DNA of 64,000 bases, from assembly GCA_964016885.1 (NCBI GenBank), contig OZ024743.1:179552001-179616000 (forward strand), read 5' to 3'. Position 1 is the first letter of the stretch; every line of letters starts with the position of its first letter. A program made the translations under genes and the position numbers. Positions 1 to 13,129 of the stretch are shown in pieces. Source of the stretch: Eledone cirrhosa. Lineage: Eukaryota. A model generated the notes under the pieces. The model ran no database searches, was not told the DNA's origin, and saw only the letters and a list, made by a program, of their open reading frames with translations.

Positions 1-46
1 CTAATTCCACACGTCATTTCTTATATAACATATTTACATACGTGTA

Positions 47-131
<85 letters not shown>

Positions 132-134
<3 letters not shown>

Positions 135-1917
135 ATTAAATAAATGGAAACTATATTTATAAAACCATATTTATTTCGTTATATATATTTCAGGGATATC
201 ATATTAACAATATGTTATGCCATATTCAGACAAAATACAATATAAACAGTCTTATAAATAAATAGATACGACATACCTTTCAATCACCTTGCATTTGGGA
301 GGTTGATTTGGCAGTAAAAAAATATTGTGGACAGTTGTAAAAAGAAAGAGATAAAGAGAGAAAGAAAGAGAAACGAAGAAAAAGAAGAAATGCATGTGAC
401 TAAATAGAGGGATATAGAAAGATAGATAAAGAGAAGAACTTCATGTAAAGAAACAGAGAGAAATATATATAGAGAGAGGAAAAAAGAAAGAGATAGATAG
501 AGAAATTAGGAAGTTGAGTATCGGTTGATACATTTATTTATTTATTTATTTATTTATTTAGCTCTAGTATTAATGTAAAGAGAGATATATGTAGTTAAGA
601 GAGAAAATAGCCGTTATATAGAGAGAAAAAAAGAGAAAATGAAAAAGAGAAAATGCAACATAACCAGACATAAACGATGCAGAATTTAAAACCGCTATGT
701 TTTATCCGTAGAAAATATTAGTTCGTATAAAACAGGCATTATAATGTAAGTACCAGTATTCATGAATGAGACATGTATCTATAATGTGTGAAAAGTAATG
801 ATCTTATGTCTAGTTTTTAAAAATTCATATGTTTATATCATAATTATAAACAAACTCCCAATTCACACGAAAACATTCTCATTGTGCTATAAAAATTCAA
901 GTATACCTATATGTGTGTATATATACACATATATATAGAGTCTATATTAATTTTAACAATACTATTCTTGTCTTTATTCTACATGATTGTCGATCAAGCA
1001 GAAATAGAGAACGGATTTCAATATATAAATAAAAATAAAAATAAAAATATCAGAGACAAGAAAATAAATAAATAAACAGAAAACTAAAACATTTAATATT
1101 AAAAATAAAAAAATAAAAAATATTACAAAATATTAAAAAATATTAAAAAAATAATACAAATAAAACACAGAGATCAGCCTTTCAAAGTTAATTGACAATA
1201 TATTGCCAAGATCATCATAAGCATCAGAGTCGAAACAGATAAAACAAAAATTGTTTACCAAATCCTGTCTAGCAGAAATCATTCCAAAAGTTTAGGATAC
1301 CCATTTGGTCTACATATGTTCTTATATATAATATAGAAGTTTATCTAGTTTAAAATTTAATTCGATATATTTGGAGCATCAGCTTTTAGGGTAGTTTAAT
1401 TATTCATGAAGAATGTTTTAATAAAAAGAATGTTTTAATAAAAAGAAGAAATCGAAAGATTTATCGGCTAGTTTCATAAATAATTACAAATCAAATCAAA
1501 ACAAACATAACTACATTTTAAATTTAAATTTATATTTAAACGTTGAGTTCAATCTATGTCTGCAGCAACTGAATAAATTTGTCCGTAGATTAAGGGAATT
1601 TTTAGATTTTAGTATAAAGAATATCTCCTCCGCACAGATTTTTTTACTGCCAAATCAACCTCCCAAATGCAAGGTGATTGAAAGGTATGTCGTATCTATT
1701 TATTTATAAGACTGTTTATATTGTATTTTGTCTGAAGATGGCATAACATATTGTTAATATGATATCCCTGAAATATATATAACGAAATAAATATGGTTTT
1801 ATAAATATAGTTTCCATTTATTTAATATCATAAATATACTCCAAATACTTGTTGAGTGCTTTTATATCAGTTATAAATATTTACTCGTTGTTAACCCAAC
1901 AATTTAAATATAACTTT

Positions 1918-1920
<3 letters not shown>
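132..1920 (+). mobile_element. Fold-back PLE-derived element (family A) between (TA)n tracts; ~190-bp inverted arms 132-322 / 1639-1830 plus 90-bp tail
   Basis: Arms are near-perfect reverse complements; each has an HHR motif; (TA)n at ~50-131 and 1921-1980; AT-rich interior without an ORF. Confidence 0.8.
1724..1789 (+). ncRNA. Type I hammerhead ribozyme motif
   Basis: TATTTTGT-CTGAAGA-[stem II with CATATT/AATATG]-GAAA-TATATATA-ACGAAATA; stem I 8 bp (one G-U), palindromic stem III. The inverted copy at 172-237 (-) reads CTGAATA (G8 lost). Confidence 0.8.
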
Positions 1921-1980
<60 letters not shown>

Positions 1981-1982
<2 letters not shown>

Positions 1983-3645
1983 CAAAAGGGATAGTTAATT
2001 TGTTGGTAATTCAACAAATATATATTTTTGTAACTGATTCGAAGCACTCGACAAGTTTTCTGGAGTATAATATCAATGATATTAAATAAATGGAAACTAT
2101 ATTTATAAAACCATATTTATTCTATTATATATATTTCAAGGGTACCAAAACTTTGGTACGCACTCATCAGATAAAATCCAAACTTTGTTTTATAAATATT
2201 GACATATCCAGGAAGAAGATCTTTGTGTATCGAGGAAATTTTTTCATATAATTAACCGTCAAAATTCTATTAATTTAAAAACAGAATTATTTTCTTCTTG
2301 CAAACATCACAAAAAATCCACTTTACGAAGTATTTTTAATCTATGATATTCATTACACTTGAGTATATCTTATACACCTATAAAATGATCCTATTATTTA
2401 CTGAGTTTTTCTTTAAAAATTTAAATTTTTTAAAAATGATCTTCCTTCTTAAATTTAATATTTTTACCATTTGATATTCTTTTCCTAATGATACTATTCT
2501 TAATCTATTTTTTAGATGTAGATTGATACTCTTTAATTGACATTCTGAAAGATATCTTATTTACGATAGTTCTTCGAAATGTACTCCTAACATATCTAAT
2601 AATACATTTTTTTCCTCTCTTTAATCTTCAAACTTTTCACACATCTTTCGACGTAAATAATATGTAATTGAAATTCTCATCCTTGAAAAACATATAATAC
2701 AAAATACCTTATAATCTCACACAAAATAATATATAATTTTCTCTACATACTTTCTAAGTAAGTCATTCATAAATTTAATGGTTAGCAAATAATATTGGAG
2801 TTATCTTTTCCTTTACAATTGAGCAAACATAGACATAATAACTTGTATGATGAATTATATAATTTCGCTAAATTAACAAGGTTCTGAAAATATTTTCAAT
2901 GTTGGAACAAAATATTTGAATCTACAAATTGTTCTTCCCTTACAACTTGAACTACGTCTTTTTCTTAAATATTTAAGTAAAATGTAAAATCAACATCCTT
3001 CGTAACTCATATTAGAAATGTAAACAAATAATATGTGCGTTTTATTTCTATAAAATCACCAATAATACTTATACTTGCACAAGTATTAATCTCTATATAG
3101 ATATTTATATACTTACAACCTGTTGCAATGTTATAAGATAAAATCTACTTACAACCATACTTCTTCATATAATCTAATTGATTATATATACAATATTATA
3201 AGTCATAATATAGCTAAATAATGTTTTAAATTCCCTACAAACTGTTAATTCTTTTTAAATTCACGTAAATACAAACTGTTCCTACAAACTGTTAATTCTT
3301 TTTAAATTCACGTAAATACAAGCTTTTCTTTCTTTCTCTTTCTTCTTCTTACACATACATATATATCCTTATTCAAATCTACCTAGCGTCTAAAAATAAC
3401 GTTTTTTTTCATACTCATCTTAATAATTTGAAATATTTGACTTTTCTTCTCTTTCCCTTCTTTCCCTTTACTATCCAGGACGAACTTGAACCGTTAATAT
3501 GTTCTTCCTTGATATGTCAATATTTATAAAACAAACTTTGTATTTTATCTGTTGAGAGCGTACCAAAGTTTTGGTACCCTTGAAATATATATAATAGAAT
3601 AAATAAGGTTTGATAAATATAGTGTCCATTTATTTAATATCATAT
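1981..3645 (-). mobile_element. Fold-back PLE-derived element (family A); arms ~2077-2220 / ~3500-3643, tail 1981-2076
   Basis: Shares TGATATTAAATAAATGGAAACTATATTTATAAAACCATATTTATT and the tail with the 132-1920 element; flanked by (TA)n. Confidence 0.8.
2119..2177 (-). ncRNA. Type I hammerhead ribozyme motif
   Basis: Minus strand ATTTTAT-CTGATGA-GTGC GTACCAA AGTT TTGGTAC CCTT-GAAA-TATATATA-ATAGAAT. The partner at 3542-3600 (+) has CTGTTGA. Confidence 0.8.
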
Positions 3646-4124
3646 AAATATATATATATATATATTGCTTTGTCCTTTATATATTTCTACCGTATTGTAC
3701 CGGCTTTCTGGGATTTATCAGTCTGAGTCGTTTATTGCATATATATATTTTTCAAGTACCTTCCTCAGGTGAAATATTATATAAAGCTATAACGTTTTAC
3801 CTCCCTTTTTTTCCAGCTTTCACTTATTGTTCACACTCACTTCATTTCTCACATAAAGGTTCACCTGACTGACTAAGTACTGGTAGTTTTTGTAAGCTAA
3901 AACCTAGAAATTGTATGCAAAGAAACCGGTGTAGTGAATAAACCTTTTCTATGGTAGAAATATATCTCTCAGAGAAAGATACACACGCCATAGACGCATA
4001 AACACAGAAACACACAGATAAAAGCGCACAAAAAGACAAATACTTTACATCTCTCTATGTCTCTATAGTTTTATCTCTCTATAAAATCTGGAAATCATAT
4101 CTAAGTGGCCGTTATATCAATTGT

Positions 4125-4515
4125 TTAGGCACAAGGAGAACCATTTTTGTGGAGAGGTAAGTCGATTAAATCGACCCCAGTGCGTCACTTCATCGAGCCC
4201 GTAAGGATGAAAGGTAAAGCTATCCTCGGCGGGATTTGAACTCAGAACGTAAAGTCTATATGCTGCAAAGGATGTTGTCTGACGCTCTACCGCTACTACC
4301 AATCCTTGATAATGGTTTCTTATATAGGCACAAGGCCAGCAATTTTTGGGGGGTGGGGGGAGTCGATTATAACGTCCCCAGTGCATTACTGGCACTTTAT
4401 TTTATCGACCCCGTAAGGATGAAAAGCAAAGCTAACCTCGGCTAAATTTGAACTCAGAACGAAAAGAGCCATAAATATATGCCGCAACTTATATTGGTTC
4501 GGCGCTCTACTGATA
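4125..4515 (-). mobile_element. Two tandem tRNA-headed SINE copies
   Basis: Minus strand: A-box-like GGTAGTAGCGGTAGAGCG, B-box GAGTTCAAATCC, core CTTTCATCCTTACGGGGTCGATAAAATAAAGT, tail GCTGGCCTTGTGCCT. Confidence 0.85.
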
Positions 4516-4566
4516 CTATACACACCCAATATTAATAAGAAGAAGAAGGAGGGGGAAGAGGGGCAG

Positions 4567-4678
4567 GAGAAGAAGAAGAAGAAGAAGAAGAAGAAGAAGA
4601 AGAAGAAGAAGAAGAAGAAGAAGAAGAAGAAGAAGAAGAAGAAGAAGAAGAAGAAGAAGAAGAAGAAGAAGAAGAAGA
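4567..4678. repeat. (GAA)n microsatellite
   Basis: Pure GAA run; it explains the poly-F/poly-L ORFs. Confidence 0.98.
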
Positions 4679-6499
4679 TCAACAACAACAACAACAAACA
4701 TGATTATATGTAAAAGAAGAAAACATATATAGGATGTAGAAAGAGTAGCGGACGGAGATGAGATTGGAATATAAATCAAAGGGAAGATTATGAGAAATGA
4801 TAGAAGAGGAAGGTAAATATGAGTGAGAAGAGGAAGGATAGGTAGAGACAATAAAAGAAGAGGAGAAGTGAGTAGATAAGAGGAATGGGAATATATTTCT
4901 ATGATGTTTTCTTTCCAATTAGGAAAATATGAAAATTAATTTTACATTTGTTCTTGATTTTGTTTCTTAAGATTGTTCTACTCTTCTTATCTGTCGTCTG
5001 GAGACAATGTGTGAGTTTTTACTAAATTAAATATTTATAGTCGTAATACTATTACACAGACTCCATGGTTTACTTTCAACCTAAATATTATCCCATGGAT
5101 TAAAGGTGTTATTTAATAAAAAAAAAACGAAATATGATTAACAAAATATCTCCGGATATTTCTATAATTAAAAATATTCATCAGTTATTCCTAACATGGG
5201 CGACGAATTGGTAGAGTTGTTAGAACGGCAGTTACACTGCTTTGTCATGTTCGATCCGGCACTCACTGAATTCAAATCCCGTCAAACATTCTCTGGAAGA
5301 AATCTGCTACACTCAGGCCTGGTAAAAGATGGGGTTCACCAGACTTATAATGCCCGGTACGGCGCCATTACGACTCCCCTGGGAGTTACGGGACTATACC
5401 AAACCTTAAATATAGGTGTGTTCACATGGAAGGACAAATGTCAACTGAACAGTTTTTACTATAAATGTGATATACAAAGCATGTATATCCTCTTGGTCAT
5501 GTTGCAATTAGGATGTTCTGGCCAGGTTATTAGGATGATTCATGAAACCATGCCCAAACTTCTCTCTTGTGGTCAACTTTAGGCGTGATTAGGTAACATA
5601 GTAAGAGCTCTTTTGAAATAAAAGGGTAATCTAAATGTTTATATCTAACATTGGAATAAAGCATTAAAATGTATTTGAGGAATGTGCTGCTGACTGCACC
5701 AAGTGGAGGATGAGACGTCAATGTTTCATCCAAATCTCTGTCATCACGAGGGTTTCGTCCCTAAATAATCTAAGAGCAGGTCGAAAGAATTCAATCTGTG
5801 CATTATTATATCCTGTTCTACATACCAGTAACATCATAGTCTGACTTACCCGTAATGAGCCGGATCAAGTACATGTGCGTTTAGCTCATGTTTCTAAACC
5901 GTTACCCCATCTCTGGTGTAGAGTATAAGCTCACTAAAATGTAACTTCTTATATGTTTGATGAGCTTTATAGAATCAGATATCACTTATGCAAGAGTATT
6001 TGTTTTATTATATTTCCTGGTGATTATATGTTGTATGAATTTTGTGATATTAAGAGATGATTTTGTCTCTTTGTTACGTGTGTTGTACATTTGATATTAT
6101 CGTTATTCTTATTACCATTCCTATTATTCACCATATCTAATTTCGTCTACAAAATCTATTACTCATCAATCAACATTATTGAATCCCCGTTTCCATTGCT
6201 ATAATTTATTTCTATCATCTCGGGTATCCAAAAATTTACAGTTTTAATGCGTTACTAGCAGATTATGTTCTAAAATATAACCTATCTTTGAAATGATATT
6301 TATATATATATATATATATATTTGCATTTTGTATAATCAATGCCACCGTTTTCATCGAACATTAATAACACTAAAAAGATAGCTGGCGTTCCACAAGAAA
6401 TAAAACACAAATTTGGTGCCTAATTCATTGAATATAAATGATGGTAATTCTCTATGAATATATATCAAATACAATGTGTTTATAATTTCTTACAGAGTT

Positions 6500-6720
6500 A
6501 CGGTGGTCGATTGACAATATCTTTAAACACTCGCACAAATATTTAGCAATACTTGATCCGGCTTTTTACGATCTGATTTCAAATCCCACCGAAGTCAACT
6601 ATGCCATTTATGCTTCCCTTTCAATAGAAAATAAATTACTAGTCAAGTACTGGGACCAATGTAATCGACTTTAACCTTCCCTAAATTCACTGCCGTTGTA
6701 CCTAACTTAGAAACCAGTAT
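6500..6720 (+). mobile_element. Diverged copy of the tRNA-headed SINE
   Basis: TTTCAAATCCCACCGAAGTCAAC...CTAGTCAAGTACTGGG...CTTAGAAACCA matches the family layout. Confidence 0.65.
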
Positions 6721-8509
6721 TTTTTTTCAGTCATATAAGAAAATTTCTATTACCTAAGATTTTACTTGCATTGCCAAAAGCCTTTACAATAGTTAATAGC
6801 TCAAACGAACACATATTTTACATGTATAGCATGTAACCGACTATATTAGCTGCTATTTTACCGATAATGCAGCTTTGATTATTTGTTATTAGTTCATTAA
6901 TTTAGATTCAGATTTGTTATGATATTTACGGACACAGTACGAACGAAAACAGTTCGTTAATTCAAATTAAAAAATATACATTCACTTCCTATTATTTATA
7001 AAAACCATTTTAACAACACAAATAACATTTTACCCAATTCAAAACATACTTGAGTATGTTAATTAATGCATATTCCTAACAAATGAAGCCATAAAATATC
7101 AATACAGAACATATTCACATTATATAATAATATTTCATAATGGAAAATATATTTCTACACACATCACCAAATAATAAATTGCAAGCAACTTCTTCACATT
7201 CTTCTCTACATGTTCATGCATGCATTGTCCCCAGGGAGCCATAGGGGTGGTGTATTGAAATCGGCGTTTCTAGGCCATTTTAATCCTAGCGGAGTTCATC
7301 TCCTCTCCAGGTGTGAACATAGGAGATTTCTTCCAGAGAAGGATATACGCAGAGTGAGAGAGAATGGAAGTGAGAAATATGTATAGAAGAAAAATCAACT
7401 CCAGTCCTAGACTGGTACTTTTTTCATCGACCTGGAGTGGGTGAAAGGCAAAGTTGACCTCCACGGGATTTGTACTCAAAGTGAGTGAGAAGAAACGAAT
7501 ACTGCAAAGCACTTGGTGATGGTGATGTGGGTGAGGGAATCTGTAGATACAGACTTGTACATTCCTTAACTATTTCACTTATACATACTTGATACTTGAA
7601 GATTGTTTTATTGTTGGACAAAACAGAGAAGCTTATCTTTTCTTCTTCTTCTTCTTCTTCTTCTTCTTCTTCTTCTTCTTCTTCTTCTTCTTCTTCTTCT
7701 TCTTTTTTTTTCTCTCTCCTCTCCCCCTCCTTCCTCTCTTAATATAGCTGTGCCATCAGTAAATTAAGAAACCAAGTCGACACTAGAGGGAATTACATTT
7801 CTTACTTTTGTTACGTTGTCCTTAATAAACAATCCATAGAACAAACTTCGAAAATTAATATACTTATTATATACCTAGTTTTTTCTTCTCTCTTCTTTTA
7901 GGTAAGTCAACTAATTTTGATTGAATATGCTGACAGAAGTCTACTACACTGGATAATTCTACATGGTAATTAATATATTATTTATATTGTTTTATTATAC
8001 GAAACAGTATGTTTAATTTTCTTTGTTTGAAAATAGAAGACACCATCTTTCAAATTAAAAAGGTTATATTTCTTTTTTACTAGAGGAAATTCCAACAATA
8101 ATTGAAAGAACACTCAGAATATCTAAGATAAGATGTGACCGAGAATTCTGTATTTTGGTGAATACCTGCATTTGTTTCGCCTACAAACGTTCCATTTCTT
8201 TGATCAACGGAACAACTTGTAAGTAACGGAGAATTCCATAGACACGTATACACTTAAATTAATTCTCTGCGAAATGTATATTCGTTTGAATCAACCTATA
8301 TCTAAGACTACAATAGAAAGCTTCTACAATGTCAATTGACATGTTAAATATTGCAGTTACACCTACATTCAATCGTCCAGCTCACTCCTTAAAATTCAAT
8401 CCAAGATACTAATAAAATAGATGGCTGGTTTGATACAGGCCGAATCCATCAAGATCGTGAGCTAAACATCAATTACATGTTTAATAAGGTCTAAAGTCTA
8501 AAGTCTGTC

Positions 8510-8900
8510 TCGAGCTAGGAGGCTCAGCAGGCCGGTGCTTATCCTGGTTTACGTAGCATGAAGTGACTAAGAGGACAAGACGTATCCTGGACAGGACGCC
8601 AGTCCATCTTAGGGTTAAACCGCCAGGTATTGCTGGTCATCATGTTCAACTGAGTGTACTGGAGCAAAGAGAAATGAAATGTTTTGCTCAAGAACACAAC
8701 ACACAAACCAGTCCATAAACGTAGTCCTCGTATGAATTCAGCATGACACAGTGTGATAAAAGAGTGTCGTTTGAATGACAGGTAAAACTAATAGGCCTGG
8801 AGCAATGTGAAATTAAGTTTCTAAATCAAGGTCTCACCGAGCTGCCTTGAATTGTTATCCAGGATTTACTATCATCAGTCGAACACCCCTTAATCACTTA
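8510..8900 (-). mobile_element. Second SINE-like family (related pieces near 30600-30720 and 38340-38490)
   Basis: ACTGGAGCAA...GAAATGAAATGTTTTGCTCAAGAACACAAC motif, repeated at 8796-8835 and at the other two loci. Confidence 0.55.
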
Positions 8901-9257
8901 ACCATCTACATTCAGTATTACGTGATATATTCATGTATATAATTGTAGGTTCATTTCGCAGTGTAAATTTTCTACTTCAGTATCTCATTAGTTATTTTAT
9001 ATGGTTGTTTTATGTAGAAATTATGTAATCAAATACTCGCCATATTCAGGTTTCCGACTAAAAGATAATAGGCCAAATCTCTGCATTACTGATGGCGAAT
9101 TGTCAAAGAAATATATGTAACTCAATAGAGAACAAATATATCTAGAGACGCCATTATTAAATATTCTCTTTTACATTTTTCATAACAATGTTTGTATGAT
9201 TGTGTTTTCTGAGAAATAATTTGGAAAAGATATAGTTAACGTTACAAAACCACAAGA

Positions 9258-9293
<36 letters not shown>

Positions 9294-9721
9294 GAATTCG
9301 CAAGAACCATTTATTCACTTGATTTTGAATTTGAATTGCTATACAGAAATAATATAGAATAATATATGTCACTCCACTGTACAATAATATATATATGTAT
9401 CTGTATGTCTCTCGCGTTGGAAAGGAGATCAATTATGTGTACAAACATTGAAAAATGGTCCGAAGGCCCCAAGCCTAGGTTTGGATGAAACAATTGTAAG
9501 TGAATAAATGCTTTGAACATACCTTTGATTCTTGTGAATTCTATATAACTGATCTGTAGAACAACTGGTGTTATTACATTGAGCTATTTATCTTACTGGT
9601 AATAAGGTAGTAATAAATTACTGACCTTCACTGTTTAGGGTTTAAAATATTCATAACTATAAAAGGTTTTAGTATATACATAACCATAAATAGTATCCTT
9701 AATATTATATATATATATATT

Positions 9722-9758
<37 letters not shown>

Positions 9759-9827
9759 ATATATATGTATATATATATATACACACACATATATATATAT
9801 ATATAGATATAGATATATATATGTATG

Positions 9828-10068
<241 letters not shown>

Positions 10069-10088
10069 TTGCTATTTCACAGCTCCAA

Positions 10089-10148
<60 letters not shown>

Positions 10149-10242
10149 CAAATTATTTAGAACTACAAGTGAAGTCATTCTTTTCGTTCTTTTTTTAAAA
10201 TATATATATATATATCATATATATTTATATATATATATTTTA

Positions 10243-10280
10243 TGAGCTGAGGATCCACGAAGGTGAAACAATTGTTCTTG
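10243..10280 (+). ncRNA. Minimal type I hammerhead motif followed by the tail hairpin (10319-10338)
   Basis: TGAG-CTGAGGA-TCC ACGAA GGT-GAAAC AATT GTT-CTTG; stems are short. Confidence 0.6.
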
Positions 10281-10356
10281 GTTCGGTGAACTAACTGTTG
10301 TGTAACCACTTCTACCTAACTCGTCCCATGGACTGAGTGCTCTACCACTTGAACCA

Positions 10357-11085
10357 CAATGAACGAAAAAACGAAGATAATAAGTCATATATGGAGCGTG
10401 GAGAACAATAGCACGCAAAGACAAAACTACGTAAATGGTATAGCAGAAGTCGTAGACTAAAATTCTAACTAGGAGACCAAATGAATCTCCGCTACAGAGT
10501 TAAGAACAAAGTAAATAAATACAATACAGAAGTAATAGAAATAAAGAAATACATACACGCAAACAAATACGTACATACACAAGCATACGCAAAACCTTAC
10601 CATAGGTATACAACCACGCACATATAAATATGTGTGTGTGTGTGTGTATGCTTGTGTCCAAATAAATAAATAATTATATAAACGTATATAAGTAAATAAA
10701 TACGTATATAACAAGCGCACACACATACCTACATATAAATACACGAAGACTTATTATCTTCGTTTTTTCGTTCATTGCCAGAGAACGTCTCTATGCACCA
10801 CCTAAGACAACATTAGTCTACGACCTCTTTTATACCTAAACGTGGTTCTGTCTTTGCGCGTAATTGTTTTTCACCGCTCCTATTAATGACGTATTATTCG
10901 TTTTTTCCCGTTCTTTGCCAGCGAACGTTCCCACGAACCAAAGTATCGTCTTCCTGTCTTCCTCCGGTTGCAACGTTTTTTGAAATATCCAGTTCTGCGT
11001 TTACAGATGGACTTTGTTAGTTTCAGAAGATCCCGTTAAGGGTGAAAGCAGCGATTCTTTGCTTAAACTTTAATCTGTTATTTTA

Positions 11086-11092
<7 letters not shown>
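10357..11092. mobile_element. ORF-less derivative of the 55.7-58.9 kb PLE
   Basis: 10357-10744 matches ~56075-56460 directly; 10750-11092 matches ~58512-58858; HHR variant at 11019-11069; (TA)n on the right. Confidence 0.9.
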
Positions 11093-11127
<35 letters not shown>

Positions 11128-11143
11128 AAATGTGTGAGATCCT

Positions 11144-11236
<93 letters not shown>

Positions 11237-11404
11237 CTTGTGTTTTTGAAACGCTAACTACATCTTACTAAGTTAGCCGATATATCAACTCTCATCTGAA
11301 ACGATCATAAAACAATGAAGTAACTAGCTACCTGCCTCTTATTTTTATTTTTGTTTTGTTTACATTTTTCAATACACACACAGATATATATAAAAACCAC
11401 ACAT

Positions 11405-11477
<73 letters not shown>

Positions 11478-12942
11478 AATAAGGGCGCTGCGGAGTTGCA
11501 AATGTGTTACATATGAAAAAAGTTTGTCCTTCATCAGTGATCTTCCAACTATCATAGGCATTTCATCATATATATATGCATGTACGTATGTATTAGAGAT
11601 TATATGTGCCTGTTTTTATCTATATATCAAAACATACACATACACATAGTTTCCGGGTACCAAACACCACAGGCAATATATTGTATAATTCAATTTGTCA
11701 CTTGACTATGATTCATTGTTGTGAAATAGAACGGGGAAGCACTTATCTTCTGTATCAACAAAACTTTCCTGCACTATTATTTGTTCTCTTCTCACTGGGC
11801 ACACGGATTATATATTCGTTAAAACAGGGGAATAAGCTATCGGGAGACTGAGGTTTGAGTGTAACACGGAATAATTGCAGATTTGTAAACTCATCCGCAA
11901 AACGAAACATAGCCAGACAACACTCAGCAAAATTAGACATTCAGAAATGTATTCAGTTAATCAGATAGTTTGCTGGATAAACAGAGAACAATTACAATTA
12001 TAACATGTTATTAATTTTTAAATCGTATTGAACGCTTTCCTTGTATTATTCTTCACGCATCACGTTTCAGTGATTTGAGTTTAAATAGCAAACAAATATT
12101 TTTGAAATAATGGCAAAAATTCTTGCAATACGCAGACATAACGGAATTTATGATATAAGATATTTCATTATACGGAATTAGAATGCAAATATAAAAAATA
12201 ATTAGCTAGGGTTCTGAAAGAATGAAATATGTTTATCCTATTTAAAACCATCAGATTTTTTTCTTAAAGTGAATTATGAATTTCCAAGTCACTCGTTCAA
12301 AATTATTAACGCATAATTGTTATTTAAAATCTAAATTAAACTGTAATTTCCACCTACATACCAGTGGTGTATTTAGTTATAACTTGATGAAATTTGACGA
12401 AACTACTTTGTGGCAAACGTTAATGAAGACTTGAATCTTACGTGATGTTGCCAGGGAAATAAAACACTCAGTTTGTGGACAGTGAGAATCGGAGTAATTC
12501 TGTATAAATTTAATATTTCAAACAGTTAATAGTAATTCTAATAGAGGTAACTAGTTGCCTATTACTTCTTAAATGTGCATTTGCACCTAAAAAATCCACT
12601 TTGAATATATGTGTGTGTGTGTATTTTACACTTTTACAAAGGATATATGCACTAAATTACGATGGTTTGTTCTGCCTATCTTTCTATCTATCGTCGGGCT
12701 GCTCTTTGGATTGTTGTTTTGTTGTTGGTACTGATGTTCTTGTCGAAAGACACTTGCGCAGATAGAGAAGTGGAAAGATGGGTAATAGATAAACAGTTAT
12801 GCAGATAGACAGTTGAATACATAAATAAATAGAGAGGTAGATAGATATATAAGGGGAAGAATTGAGAAACAAAATAGATAGAGGTAGACAGAAAGATATA
12901 ATGATACAACGATGGCTAAACAGACAGAAATAAACCGATAGG

Positions 12943-12999
<57 letters not shown>

Positions 13000-13129
13000 C
13001 GATCGATTTCTTTATTTGCCACAAGGGCGCACAAGAAAAAGGAACAATACAAAGACACGTGCCGGGATTTTACATACAGTCGTGTAAAAAAAATATAAAA
13101 CAAACAAACAATTTTAACAATCGAAATCT

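Noticed and set aside
3020-3120. Possible GIY-YIG remnant inside the family-A interior (minus strand)
   Set aside because: Too decayed and AT-rich to support by eye; it needs a frameshift-aware HMM search.
3670-3725. Further HHR-like traces (also ~23308-23325 and in the 51.5-52.1 kb arms)
   Set aside because: Only one core box, or stems that do not pair.
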